NCBI GenBank assembly: GCA_900299205.1
Contig: OMIW01000062.1
Location: 8,770 to 72,769, forward strand
From: Pseudomonadota bacterium
GTDB lineage: Bacteria > Bdellovibrionota_C > UBA2361 > OMIW01
DNA: 64,000 nucleotides
Direction of reading: 5' to 3'
The notes below the pieces were generated by a model, which worked only from the letters and a program-made list of their open reading frames with translations, was not told the DNA's origin and did no database searches. Within the stretch, counting starts at the first letter, position 1, and each line of letters opens with the position of its first letter. A program made the position numbers and the translations under genes. Shown piece by piece: positions 1-9,750 of the stretch.

Positions 1-2709
1 GATGATGATTTTGCTCCCGTCAATCTGGAAGCTCCTCAGCATGGCGAAGAGCAACTCCGCTACATCAATCCCGCAAGCACTACCTTTCACCTGATAGACA
101 AACCTGTTTCCTTCAATCCTGAACAGGAAGATATTTACCTCGCATCGTTACCATTGATCCTCATTGGTTCTGCGGGAAGTGGCAAAACAGTCCTCACTCT
201 CGAGAAGCTCCGGCTTCTGACAGGGAGGGTACTTTACCTATCGCTCTCCCGATTTCTCGTCGAGAATGCCCGCCGGCTGTATTCGCTCACGACTCCCGAC
301 GAAGAAAGCAATGTTGAGTTTCTCTCATTCAACGAACTCCTTGGGATGATCGCGATCCCGTCAGGGCGTGAAATTCGGTTCTCTCATTTTGCTGCCTGGT
401 GTGCTCGGCAGAGTGGGTGGGCGAAACAGAACTCTCGTAAGATTTTTGAAGAGTTCCGGGGGGTTTTAGCGGGAAGCACATCCGCGGACGGAGGCCCGCT
501 CGGGCTCGATGATTATCAGCAGCTCGGAATAAAGCAGTCTATCTTCCTCGCTGATGACAGAGCCCAGGTTTTTGAGCTATTTCGCCGATATCGTGCGTGG
601 CTCCCGCAGACCGGACTTTACGACTCGACTTTACTTGCACACCACTACCTCCCCCGTGCCACCCCGACCTTTGATTGCATCGTTGTCGATGAGGTTCAGG
701 ATTTTACCGTCCCACAACTCTCATTAATCCTCCGAATGGGAAAGAACAGCCATCAGTTCATCCTTTGTGGGGACTCGAATCAGATTGTGCATCCGAACTT
801 CTTCTCGTGGTCACGGGTGAAGTCCTTCTTCTTCGCGAAAGACGACGACGTGGGCCCTCGCATCATCAGGGTGCTTCGGACAAATTTCCGCAACGCGCAA
901 AATATCACCACCGTTGCCAACACGCTCCTCTCTCTAAAACAACGCCGATTCGGCTCGATAGATAAAGAAAGCAATTTCCTGGTCGAGAGTGTCGCCGATG
1001 ACAAGGGGCTTATCGCAGTCGTCGAACTCAGATCCGGGGGAGTAAGCAAACTAAACGAAGCATCTCGGCTCTCCACTCAGTATGCGGTCATCGTTCTCGA
1101 TGATACTGACAAGGAAAGAGCTCGTCAGGTCTTCGATACGCCATTGATATTCTCGGTTCACGAAGCTAAGGGTCTCGAATATCCTCACGTTATTCTGTAC
1201 GCATTTGTCGCCTCGGCTCCCAAGGAGTATCAGGAGCTGGTCGGCGATATGACACCCGATGACCTCACAGGAGATATCTCTTTTGCCCGGGCTCGTGACA
1301 AGTCAGACAAGTCGCTCGAGATATTTAAATTTTATGTGAATGCGCTCTACGTAGGCATTACCCGTGCTCTGACGACGGTGTATGTGGTCGATGAGGTATC
1401 CTCATACCAAGAGAGAGCGGAATCACGTTCCCGGAATCGTTATTCTCTTTGGGAATTGCTTCAGATTCCCGTTGCGTCCTCCGATCTCTCCCTGAGTGCT
1501 GACTCATCGACCGCAGAGGAGTGGTCGATGGAGGCGCGCCGACTCGAGCTTCAGGGCAAGCTCGAACAGGCGCAAGAAATTCGGGATAAGATCCTCAAGG
1601 TGCAAAAAGTGCCGTGGAAGGTACCGACAAGAGAGAGTATTAATACGATGGTCGGAGATGCAGTTGCCTATGATAGCGATCTCAACAAAAGGCGGATGAT
1701 TGAGCTATTTGAAACTGCGGAGGGTCAAGGGTTGACCCCCATACAGGATTTTATCAATTTAAGGGAGAACGCCCCGACTAAGAGGTGGCTGAGGGCGCGA
1801 GACCTGATGATAGAAAAGCACTACAGCCACTACACCGCCCGCGATCCGCGCCACGTCCTTGCAAATGTCACGAAATTCGGCATCGATTATCAGAATGAGT
1901 TCGGTGAGACACCCCTGATGATAGCGTCCCGACTTTTTAAGAGGGATCTCGTCAAAAAACTTCTTGAAGAAGGCGCGAATCCTCAGCTTTGCACCCATGG
2001 AGGACTTACTCCCGTCCGAGGACTCCTTCGGGAGCTCATGCTACGCCACCAGACGATCAGCCGTCGTCAGGCAGACGATGCGTGGGAGATCTGGCGGCTC
2101 ATCGCTGAGCCACTCCTCCTGAGCGTGGGCGGACGATTGATCAAGCTCTTGCCCCATCAGGGAGAATACACCCTATTCGAGGCGATTGCATCGATGCTGG
2201 TGGGCAAATTCTGGCAAACCAAACTCCTCGGTTTGGCATACGGCATCGAATCGCGTCTTCTCTACCAAGATTATGCCTCTCTTCACCTTTCCCTGCTCCC
2301 CGAATATCGGGCTCGCAGAGACTATGTGAATGCCCTCCTCGCCAAGAACGAGATTGAACGGGAGGGGCCAACTAATAAGCTCTTGTTTATGCGATTGCGG
2401 CGTGGCTCTTATATTCTGAACCCGCTGATTAAGACTTATCAACCAATCCACTCAGAAAACGGGTCGAACGGGGCATCTTCGGACAGTGCTGATGCAGGTG
2501 CTGCGGAGGATGAAAACTGGCGTCCAATATACGACGTCCTTGGTGCACCCTTTATGTATAGTCATCAATCTGCGCTCAGATATCCCCTCAAATTCGAAAC
2601 AGTTTTGGGCCAACATGCAGACGCGGCTCGGGAGCGGCTCTCTTTGAGGCCTGACATCAGTCCGCCCTCTCAAAATCAGGACGTCGACCCCGCGTTTCAG
2701 ACCATTTAA
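1..2709 (+). CDS. SF1 (UvrD/Rep-like) helicase-core P-loop NTPase with C-terminal ankyrin-repeat region; 5' end lies outside the window
   Basis: Frame 1 is open from nt 1, so the ORF continues upstream. Walker A 'LILIGSAGSGKT'; Walker B/DExx 'IVVDEVQDF'; 'LCGDSNQ' resembles UvrD motif III; 'RTNFRNAQ' resembles motif IV; 'SVHEAKGLEYPHVILY' resembles motifs V/VI. The C-terminal ~250 aa contain ankyrin-like repeats such as 'GETPLMIASRLFKRDLVKKLLEEGANPQLCTHGGLTPV'. Confidence 0.55.
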   Translation, partial: DDDFAPVNLEAPQHGEEQLRYINPASTTFHLIDKPVSFNPEQEDIYLASLPLILIGSAGSGKTVLTLEKLRLLTGRVLYLSLSRFLVENARRLYSLTTPDEESNVEFLSFNELLGMIAIPSGREIRFSHFAAWCARQSGWAKQNSRKIFEEFRGVLAGSTSADGGPLGLDDYQQLGIKQSIFLADDRAQVFELFRRYRAWLPQTGLYDSTLLAHHYLPRATPTFDCIVVDEVQDFTVPQLSLILRMGKNSHQFILCGDSNQIVHPNFFSWSRVKSFFFAKDDDVGPRIIRVLRTNFRNAQNITTVANTLLSLKQRRFGSIDKESNFLVESVADDKGLIAVVELRSGGVSKLNEASRLSTQYAVIVLDDTDKERARQVFDTPLIFSVHEAKGLEYPHVILYAFVASAPKEYQELVGDMTPDDLTGDISFARARDKSDKSLEIFKFYVNALYVGITRALTTVYVVDEVSSYQERAESRSRNRYSLWELLQIPVASSDLSLSADSSTAEEWSMEARRLELQGKLEQAQEIRDKILKVQKVPWKVPTRESINTMVGDAVAYDSDLNKRRMIELFETAEGQGLTPIQDFINLRENAPTKRWLRARDLMIEKHYSHYTARDPRHVLANVTKFGIDYQNEFGETPLMIASRLFKRDLVKKLLEEGANPQLCTHGGLTPVRGLLRELMLRHQTISRRQADDAWEIWRLIAEPLLLSVGGRLIKLLPHQGEYTLFEAIASMLVGKFWQTKLLGLAYGIESRLLYQDYASLHLSLLPEYRARRDYVNALLAKNEIEREGPTNKLLFMRLRRGSYILNPLIKTYQPIHSENGSNGASSDSADAGAAEDENWRPIYDVLGAPFMYSHQSALRYPLKFETVLGQHADAARERLSLRPDISPPSQNQDVDPAFQTI

Positions 2710-2772
2710 CCTCCCGCCTGACTTCTGATATCATCCATCCGTGTTTCAATTCGCCCTAACCGAAGAGGCCCC

Positions 2773-3927
2773 ATGACCCTTCCTGTAAAAATCCTCCGAA
2801 GAAAAACTCGCTCAGTCTTTGTTCGAGACCTTGGTATCGGCTCCGAGCACCCGATATCAGTGCAGTCGATGTGTGCAACCAAAACGCAAGATGTCGAGGC
2901 GACGGCTGAGCAGATCCGCCGGCTTCGCGAATACGGGGCCGATGTCGTGCGAGTCGCTGTCGATAGCAAGAAGGATGTTGAAGCACTCGAGGCCGTTCGC
3001 AAAGCCGTTCCCGACGCGCGGATCGTTGTCGATCTTCAGGAGAGCTATCGGCTCGCCGAAAAGGTTGCCCCTTTTGTTGATAAAATCCGGTATAACCCGG
3101 GCCATCTGCATCATCACGAAAAGTCCGTCCCCGTTCGGGAGAAGGTCGCCTTCATCGTCGGGGCCGCCCAAATCCACGACTGCGCTCTCCGCATCGGAGT
3201 CAATTTCGGCTCACTTGATCCGGCGCAGGCGGGGGCCGATCCCATCGAAGCCGCCCTTTCCTCGGTAACAGAACATATCGGCTATCTCGAAGAGCTCGAT
3301 TTCACCCGCTACGTCGTTTCGCTCAAGAGCTCCGACCCCAACGATGTCGTTGCTATCAACACGGAATTCGCAAAGCGATTTCCTGAAATTCCGCTCCATC
3401 TCGGGGTAACCGAGGCGGGCTTGCTCCCAATGGGTGAAGTAAAAACGCGAGTTGCATTCGAGCACCTCCTTGCGCGGGGAATCGGGGATACCGTTCGCGT
3501 TTCTCTCACTCTCCCTAATGAGCGGAAACACGAAGAGATCCTCGTCGGAAAATCGATTATCTCGGATGTATATGCGGGTCGCTTCCGCTCAGTCCCAACC
3601 TTTGATCACGATGGGATTAACATAATTTCATGCCCATCGTGCTCACGAGTCGAGAATAGCGCTTTCGTCGAGCTCGCAGAGAAGGTGCGCACTGCCGTTC
3701 AGGACACCGAACAGGAAAAGCTGACGATCGCGGTCATGGGGTGTCGGGTGAACGGGCCGGGTGAGACCGATGATGCGGATCTCGGGCTCTGGTGTGCTCC
3801 AAGTCATGTGAACCTAAAGCGGAAAGGGGAGCTCGTCGGTTCCTTCTCCTATGAAGAGATCCTCGGTCGGTTTCGTCAGGAGCTGGATTTGATTATCGCG
3901 GAACGGAGGGGGCAACTGGACCCTTGA
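2773..3927 (+). CDS. ispG: 4-hydroxy-3-methylbut-2-enyl diphosphate synthase (GcpE/IspG)
   Basis: 384 aa. Starts '[13 protein letters not shown]..' and shows the IspG fold signature, including the Cys-rich 'ISCPSCSR' / '[11 protein letters not shown]' [4Fe-4S]-binding segment. Confidence 0.9.
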   Translation: MTLPVKILRRKTRSVFVRDLGIGSEHPISVQSMCATKTQDVEATAEQIRRLREYGADVVRVAVDSKKDVEALEAVRKAVPDARIVVDLQESYRLAEKVAPFVDKIRYNPGHLHHHEKSVPVREKVAFIVGAAQIHDCALRIGVNFGSLDPAQAGADPIEAALSSVTEHIGYLEELDFTRYVVSLKSSDPNDVVAINTEFAKRFPEIPLHLGVTEAGLLPMGEVKTRVAFEHLLARGIGDTVRVSLTLPNERKHEEILVGKSIISDVYAGRFRSVPTFDHDGINIISCPSCSRVENSAFVELAEKVRTAVQDTEQEKLTIAVMGCRVNGPGETDDADLGLWCAPSHVNLKRKGELVGSFSYEEILGRFRQELDLIIAERRGQLDP

Positions 3928-4181
3928 CCGGGCGGGAGATTCGCTTCTCATCTGCTCGGGCTCCGACGGCGGAGCCTCTCAGCCCACCTTCCCATCTAAA
4001 ATCGTCCCTTGCCTCCTCCTCGGGTAATTGTGCCAAATGCCCAAGTGCGATAAAGATAGATGCGGAGGTTAGTCCGTGCCGAGATGCCGTCTCTTTATTG
4101 AGGGTTCTCGTTCCCACTGCCGTCTAGTAAGTACAGGGAACTACTCTGGCTCATGGCCGGAAATCGCCGCGACATTGCGGG

Positions 4182-6467
4182 GTGAGAGCATCGGCGGGTT
4201 TTCTAGGAGCATCTCGCGTGCAGCGTCGAATAATCACCTTAGACGAAGCCACTCCCCGACAGCGACAGGGTGCGAGTGAACTACAGGAGGGAGCCCGCGT
4301 CCCAGGCAACCTTACCCGTTTAATGCTCGGAGACGGACCGTGGGATATCCGAATCATCACCGAAGAGTCAACAGCATCAGGATCTCGGCTCTGGCTCACC
4401 CGGGCAGTTGATCCTTCCCTTGCGACTGATACTCCGGAGTTCAACCACCTTCGGCTTCTCTTCGGATGGGCAGCAGGTCACAGTCCGGCAAACACCTCGG
4501 GCGAGTTCAAGGGACGACTTTGGTACCGTCGCCTCTATCTGCCCTCCGTCTTGGCAGATGCCCCTTTGCCGACAGACCTTCAGGGCGCCCTCACCCTCTT
4601 TCGTCAGTTAGCCGAACTGATTGAGCAGTATCACGCAGCCTCGCTGATTCATGGACATCCCTCTCTTTCTAACGTGGCGGTGCACGCCGACGGAACCCTC
4701 GCATTGGTGGATCCAGGATTCGCCCTCATGTGTCCATCCGCGCGCATCGGTAGGGCCAGCCTTTCCCCCGACATCGGCAGTGCCGGCGCGGCAAATTCGG
4801 CAACCGACCTCTTCACCCTCGGAAAGGTCGGAAGAAAACTTTTCCCCAGACTCACCCTCCCTGATGAGCTTGCCGGCCTCCTCGAAGTGTTAGCATCTTC
4901 CGACAGCGCGCGTCGACCCTCGATTCACTGGGTCCTTGGGATCTTGCGCGATCTGAGCGCAGACCTCTCCGGTGCTCAGCCAAGTAGCAGGAGTAAAAGA
5001 CCAACCCCTCGAGGCTCTCCGATGCTTCGTCCATCAGTGAGCCCCTCCTCTGAAGGAGAGCCCCCGTTCGAGCCACCACCCCCCGAGCCGTATCAATCTG
5101 CGCCGGAACTTCCGCAACCGCAACGAACCTCTACGCCGTGGATACTGATCATCCTGATCGTATTCGTAGCAGCAGCAATCATCAGTCGGATCCTTTCAAC
5201 ACCCAAGGGCCCCTCGATCCCCTCAGATCACTATTGGATGAGTGGCACCCCCTCTTACATGCGGGCGGTCGCCGAGGCGGCGATAATACAGGGCGACCCA
5301 GAGGCGCGACTCGCCATTTTCGATGCGGCTCGTCAGGGATATCAGAATCCACGCGTTAATTCAGAACTTCTCAAGGTCGTTCTCGATTCTCGGTGGGAGG
5401 AGCAGCTCACTGAAGATGATCGTACCATAATTCTCACCCTTGCAGTCGGCTCGCTCTTAGGACAGCGTCCTCAGCTCACCTTCACTGAGGATGTGCACCC
5501 CGGGGTTCTTTACGCCATCATCGCCCGTTCACCTCTTGATGCGAGATCGCAAGAGCTTCAGCACTTTCAACCACATCAGCTCGGCACATTACCCGCGCCG
5601 ATTGGGACTACGTTTACCGCCCTGCAATCTCTCGGTATTACCTCGATAGAGGATCCGGCATCAAAAGGAGCCGCTCACTTCCTCTCGGGCGATATTCGTG
5701 CCCCTGTTATTGAGGCATTCTTCGGGCCATTTGCGGATGAGGGCAGGCTCCTCGCAAAGCTTGAGCTCATCAAGGATAGCCTTTCGACCAACGAGCAGCT
5801 TCGGATAACAACTCTCGCGACTCTGATGTCTGAGAGCCCCCTGGTGCGCATGCTGATGGGTTGGTTCGATCAGGATGGACTCAATACCTGGAAAGACGTA
5901 CCTCCTCCAACTCGTTTTCTCATTTCTCTCGGCGCCGTTCCAGCGGGGCTCTCCTACGAACAGCTCATCGATCTGCTCGTGTTCACCCGCCCCGGCGTGC
6001 GGGAGGCTGCAAGTCGCCAAATTCTCGAGAGCTCCTCATTTGCGGCAGTCCACGACATTCTCCCCGTTCTATCTGCACCAGAGTCGGGCCTCTCCCGAAT
6101 GCAGCTCCTCTCCTTGGCAGGCGCATTGCAAACAACGGGGCGGGATCAGCTTCTTCTCGTTCACAGCTGGCTCAAAAGCCTCCCCCCTCCCCCCTTTGTG
6201 GCGAAGCTCTTAATAGCTCGTGATGGCAAGGGCTCCAAAGATGGCTTCAATCTTGAAGCCGCGCGATATCTCCTCAAATCGAAAGAGACGCAGCTGCCAC
6301 GGGAGATGATCATCGATCTCTCAACCCACTCCGAATCGATGGCCCGCGCCTACGCCTACGGCAAATTAAGTGCCGCAAATGAGGATGACCGCCGCATACT
6401 CCAAGCAGCTCTCACCACCGAAACCAGCCCCCGGCTCAAAAAACAGCTGGCACAAACCTTAAAATAG
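4182..6467 (+). CDS. membrane-anchored protein with N-terminal protein-kinase-like (probably catalytically degenerate) domain, Pro-rich linker, one TM helix and a helical-repeat (HEAT/ARM-like) C-terminal domain
   Basis: 761 aa. 'LIHGHPSLSNVAV' resembles the HGDLxxxN catalytic loop with the Asp replaced; 'LVDPGFA' resembles the DFG motif. Then a Pro/Ser-rich segment (PPFEPPPPEPYQSAPELPQP), the hydrophobic helix 'WILIILIVFVAAAIISRIL', and ~400 aa of repetitive alpha-helical segments. Confidence 0.4.
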   Translation: MRASAGFLGASRVQRRIITLDEATPRQRQGASELQEGARVPGNLTRLMLGDGPWDIRIITEESTASGSRLWLTRAVDPSLATDTPEFNHLRLLFGWAAGHSPANTSGEFKGRLWYRRLYLPSVLADAPLPTDLQGALTLFRQLAELIEQYHAASLIHGHPSLSNVAVHADGTLALVDPGFALMCPSARIGRASLSPDIGSAGAANSATDLFTLGKVGRKLFPRLTLPDELAGLLEVLASSDSARRPSIHWVLGILRDLSADLSGAQPSSRSKRPTPRGSPMLRPSVSPSSEGEPPFEPPPPEPYQSAPELPQPQRTSTPWILIILIVFVAAAIISRILSTPKGPSIPSDHYWMSGTPSYMRAVAEAAIIQGDPEARLAIFDAARQGYQNPRVNSELLKVVLDSRWEEQLTEDDRTIILTLAVGSLLGQRPQLTFTEDVHPGVLYAIIARSPLDARSQELQHFQPHQLGTLPAPIGTTFTALQSLGITSIEDPASKGAAHFLSGDIRAPVIEAFFGPFADEGRLLAKLELIKDSLSTNEQLRITTLATLMSESPLVRMLMGWFDQDGLNTWKDVPPPTRFLISLGAVPAGLSYEQLIDLLVFTRPGVREAASRQILESSSFAAVHDILPVLSAPESGLSRMQLLSLAGALQTTGRDQLLLVHSWLKSLPPPPFVAKLLIARDGKGSKDGFNLEAARYLLKSKETQLPREMIIDLSTHSESMARAYAYGKLSAANEDDRRILQAALTTETSPRLKKQLAQTLK

Positions 6468-6567
6468 AGCACGGCGATCAGCGATGGGCATCGATAGAGC
6501 GCTATCCAATCTTTGAAACTTTTGGCAGGTGTGATAGAAAAGGGGGGTCGCTCATCGACAGAATGAT

Positions 6568-6650
6568 GCCCGAGTGATGGAATGGTAGACATACAGGACT
6601 TAAAATCCTGGGACCGAAAGGTCGTGCGAGTTCGAGTCTCGCCTTGGGCA
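6568..6650 (+). tRNA. tRNA-Leu (anticodon TAA), long variable arm
   Basis: Folded by hand. Acceptor gcccgag/cttgggc; 3-bp D stem; anticodon stem cagga/tcctg with loop cTTAAaa; 13-nt variable arm; T stem gcgag/ctcgc with loop ttcgagt; discriminator A. Confidence 0.85.
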
Positions 6651-6689
6651 ATGACGTGGGGAACTCATTACGCAGGAATGTTTTGCTAC

Positions 6690-6721
6690 ATTACCGCTCC
6701 TCCGAATTACCGCTCCTCCGA
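6690..6721. repeat. perfect 16-bp tandem duplication (attaccgctcctccga x2) 40 nt downstream of tRNA-Leu
   Basis: Read directly: 6690-6705 and 6706-6721 are identical. Confidence 0.9.
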
Positions 6722-6871
6722 TCACACAGCTCAAATTCTCGTAGCTGAGATTCACAATTCACCAACGCGAGGAACCACCTTTGGTCATTTTTCAAACGAG
6801 CCCACGCTCACCCTGTCCCCGATTCCTCCCCCCGAAACTCACCGTATTTAAATAAATTTTGAGGCACCTAA

Positions 6872-9637
6872 TCAGCCCCACTCATTCCGCCGCCACTCCC
6901 CCGCCGAATCTCGGATCAGCTCGTAGCTAGGCCAGAGCTCAGGATGGGGTATGAGGGTGACCACCCGTTCGATTGAACCATTTTCGAGAAATCGAACGAC
7001 GACGGGACTTGTGCCCTCTCGCTGACGAGCCACGGCGGTAAAGGTGCTGAGATCCGGCGTAGGCTGTCCATTAAGCGAAATTATCTGACTGCCAACCTCG
7101 AGCCCGCATCGATAAGAGGGCGATCCGTAATTTCCTGACGCAACGTACACGCCACACGCCCCCTCCCCGTGAGTTCTTCGGATCTCCGCATGAGGCGCGT
7201 GCACAACGGCTCCGGCCCAATGCACGATATGGTTGACCCCCTCTCCCGATAGGGTCTCGGGTGCAATCTCAACGGTGATTGCCGTGCCATCGCGCCATGC
7301 GATCACTGAGATATTTTCTCGCTGTACCAGCTCCTCAAGTGAACGATGATCGACGGGAATGGTACCATCAACCGATAAAATAACATCGCCTGGTTCAAGA
7401 CGCCCCTCGCTTGGACCACCTGGCACGGTACGAACGACCCGAAGCAGCTGCCGTCGGCCGCTACCTATCGCCGCGTTTATCTTCGTCAGCCATCCAGCAG
7501 GAATCTTCAGTCGGCGAAGCTCGGGCAGACGAATCGGCGCAAGCTCCGACTCGATCCACCGAAAAACCCGCTCACCCCGTCCGAGCAGTCGCAAATCTGC
7601 AAGGACAACCGCAGGAATACCGCTGTAGGTGAACTCGAACTGCTCGTCGTCCTTGTGGGCGAATATCCCCCAGAAACCCACTACGCCCCCTTCTTCATCA
7701 ACGATAGCGCCATTAAAGTCAGCGTGACGGGCGTTGAGCTGAATAAGATCGAGATTTGTTTCCTGAAAGAAGGAATTGGTCGGGGCGCGAGTGGAAGCGG
7801 AGCGAATACTGGTAATCGTCGCCTTTTTGCTATGCATCGAGCCGTACTCATTTACCCCTATGAGATGCACATCACTGCCAATCAGCGCTCCTTCCGTTAC
7901 GAGCTCAGCTTCTCCAACCGCCGCATCTCCAAGAGCCGAAAGATCACACTGGAGAAGCACCACATTATGCAGCGGATGAAGATAGACTACCCGCGCAGGA
8001 ACCTCCCCCCCCCCCGCAACGGTAACGGTGATATCCCCTAATGCGTGCCACACCGTGCTGCGATCAGTTGCAATGAGCCCCCGTTCTTTGTCGATGACTA
8101 TCCCCGTCCCACGAGGCGAATCATAGCGATGCCATCCCGCAATAATGTATGGTGACCGAAATTGAAGATGCACCAGGGCAGATTGAACTCGATGCCAGGG
8201 CTTAGTTCCTTGCTCGATCGGCTCCACTGGTTGAGACGAAAGGGGGATCGGCTCAAGTTGAGCAGGAAGAGGTTCACTACGCCACCGTTCGGGGTTCACC
8301 ACCCGTTGTCCACCACTTTCCATCGACGCATGTTCTCGTCTCCACCGGCGACAGGGGAACCATCGGGAAGAGAACACAGCAGACGCCTGTCGCACCGTGG
8401 TGGGCTGCTTAAAGTGCCGAAAACGCACCGAAAACGCTTCTCCTTGCCTCAGCACGCCAAAAACCGCAGCAAGATCATCGAGCGACCGAACCGCCTTGCC
8501 CGCGACTGACTCGAGCAACGCCCCTTTTTGCATCCATTCATCAACAAGGAGGTACCCAGGGGCAGCCACCACGACCCCTTTGGGAGGTGCATTAAGATGC
8601 CACGCATGAACCGAAGAGATAGGATGAAATATCGCTTCACCTATTTCGATGAATTCATCAGGGACGAGCGATTCAAGATCCTCAACGGGCAAATCGACAA
8701 CGAGGGTCGCTCCATCACGAGCAACCACGAGCGATATGACGCCCCCTATCGAAGAATCTAGTGCCTCCTCAAAAGGCTCAAATGAATCGATCAGCTCGCC
8801 GTTTACCCGAATGATAACATCACCCACCCGAAGCGAACGGGCCGCTGCGGTGGTCGGTAAGATCCGTTCAACGACAAGCAATCCCGTTGAACGGGGAACC
8901 GCCACCATGCTCTCTGCGAGGATCGGCTGTGCGACACCACGTCGGAGAAGCTCGTCGTAAGAACGATGGGAGGCGCGCACGTGTACAGTCCCCCTCGTCA
9001 CCGGCTCTCCACGCCGAAGCGCCTCGAATGCTCGAACGATCCGACGCATCGGCAGAAAATACGCAGCAGCTGCCTCTCGATGTCCCCCCGCGTTGAGACC
9101 CACGACACGACCCTCTTCATCTATGACCGGTGAACCCGATGACCCCCCCGAGGTCATCGATGCGGCCTGCATGTAAAAGGTATTCCAGTCAGAGTATTGA
9201 CCCTCGCCGTAATCAGGGGCCTCGCGGTCGAGACGACTAAGGGTTCCAGAAAGGATGGAGAACCCCTCTCCCGCATCGTTACCGATAACTCGGATTTCGA
9301 CCCCCTCGACCGCCCCCTCTGGGTACAGGGAAAGGCTTCGCGGGACAGATCCCCGAAGGCGAGCCGGGTCGTAGCAAAAAAAACCAAAATCATGGATCGG
9401 ATCTCGGTAGAGGGGCATCAGTTCGACCTCGCGCAAGTCTGCGAATATGCCCCGTGCGACCACAGGACCAGCCGTCACGACATGGCGATTAGTGAGCACG
9501 ATCCCCCGCTCCGCATCGACAACAAAGCCCGTCGCTTGACCAGAGTTTTGCCAATCATCCTCGAAAGCGCGCGATTGATCGACCATGATTGCAAGAATGG
9601 ATCCCTTGGTTTCCTCTATTGTCCTTTTCCACGACAT
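6872..9637 (-). CDS. large serine protease with tandem trypsin-like (S1/HtrA-type) domains and PDZ-like segments (Nma111/DegP-like architecture)
   Basis: 921 aa. Two protease cores are visible: 'TGFVVDAERGIVLTNRHVV...GSSGSPVID' and 'GTGIVIDKERGLIATDRSTV...FNGAIVDEEGGVVG'. PDZ-like stretches follow each core (e.g. 'LRVGDVIIRVNGELIDS', 'LEPGDVILSVDGTIPV'). Confidence 0.7.
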   Translation of the reverse strand: MSWKRTIEETKGSILAIMVDQSRAFEDDWQNSGQATGFVVDAERGIVLTNRHVVTAGPVVARGIFADLREVELMPLYRDPIHDFGFFCYDPARLRGSVPRSLSLYPEGAVEGVEIRVIGNDAGEGFSILSGTLSRLDREAPDYGEGQYSDWNTFYMQAASMTSGGSSGSPVIDEEGRVVGLNAGGHREAAAAYFLPMRRIVRAFEALRRGEPVTRGTVHVRASHRSYDELLRRGVAQPILAESMVAVPRSTGLLVVERILPTTAAARSLRVGDVIIRVNGELIDSFEPFEEALDSSIGGVISLVVARDGATLVVDLPVEDLESLVPDEFIEIGEAIFHPISSVHAWHLNAPPKGVVVAAPGYLLVDEWMQKGALLESVAGKAVRSLDDLAAVFGVLRQGEAFSVRFRHFKQPTTVRQASAVFSSRWFPCRRWRREHASMESGGQRVVNPERWRSEPLPAQLEPIPLSSQPVEPIEQGTKPWHRVQSALVHLQFRSPYIIAGWHRYDSPRGTGIVIDKERGLIATDRSTVWHALGDITVTVAGGGEVPARVVYLHPLHNVVLLQCDLSALGDAAVGEAELVTEGALIGSDVHLIGVNEYGSMHSKKATITSIRSASTRAPTNSFFQETNLDLIQLNARHADFNGAIVDEEGGVVGFWGIFAHKDDEQFEFTYSGIPAVVLADLRLLGRGERVFRWIESELAPIRLPELRRLKIPAGWLTKINAAIGSGRRQLLRVVRTVPGGPSEGRLEPGDVILSVDGTIPVDHRSLEELVQRENISVIAWRDGTAITVEIAPETLSGEGVNHIVHWAGAVVHAPHAEIRRTHGEGACGVYVASGNYGSPSYRCGLEVGSQIISLNGQPTPDLSTFTAVARQREGTSPVVVRFLENGSIERVVTLIPHPELWPSYELIRDSAGEWRRNEWG

Positions 9638-9750
9638 GATGACTGCCTTAAACTTAATCAGCGGTACTTATTTCAGAGAGCGCTTCGGACCACGGAGGGT
9701 CTAGAAAACTCCGTCAGGCCTTCGAAACTAAACACCAGCATCACACCCTA

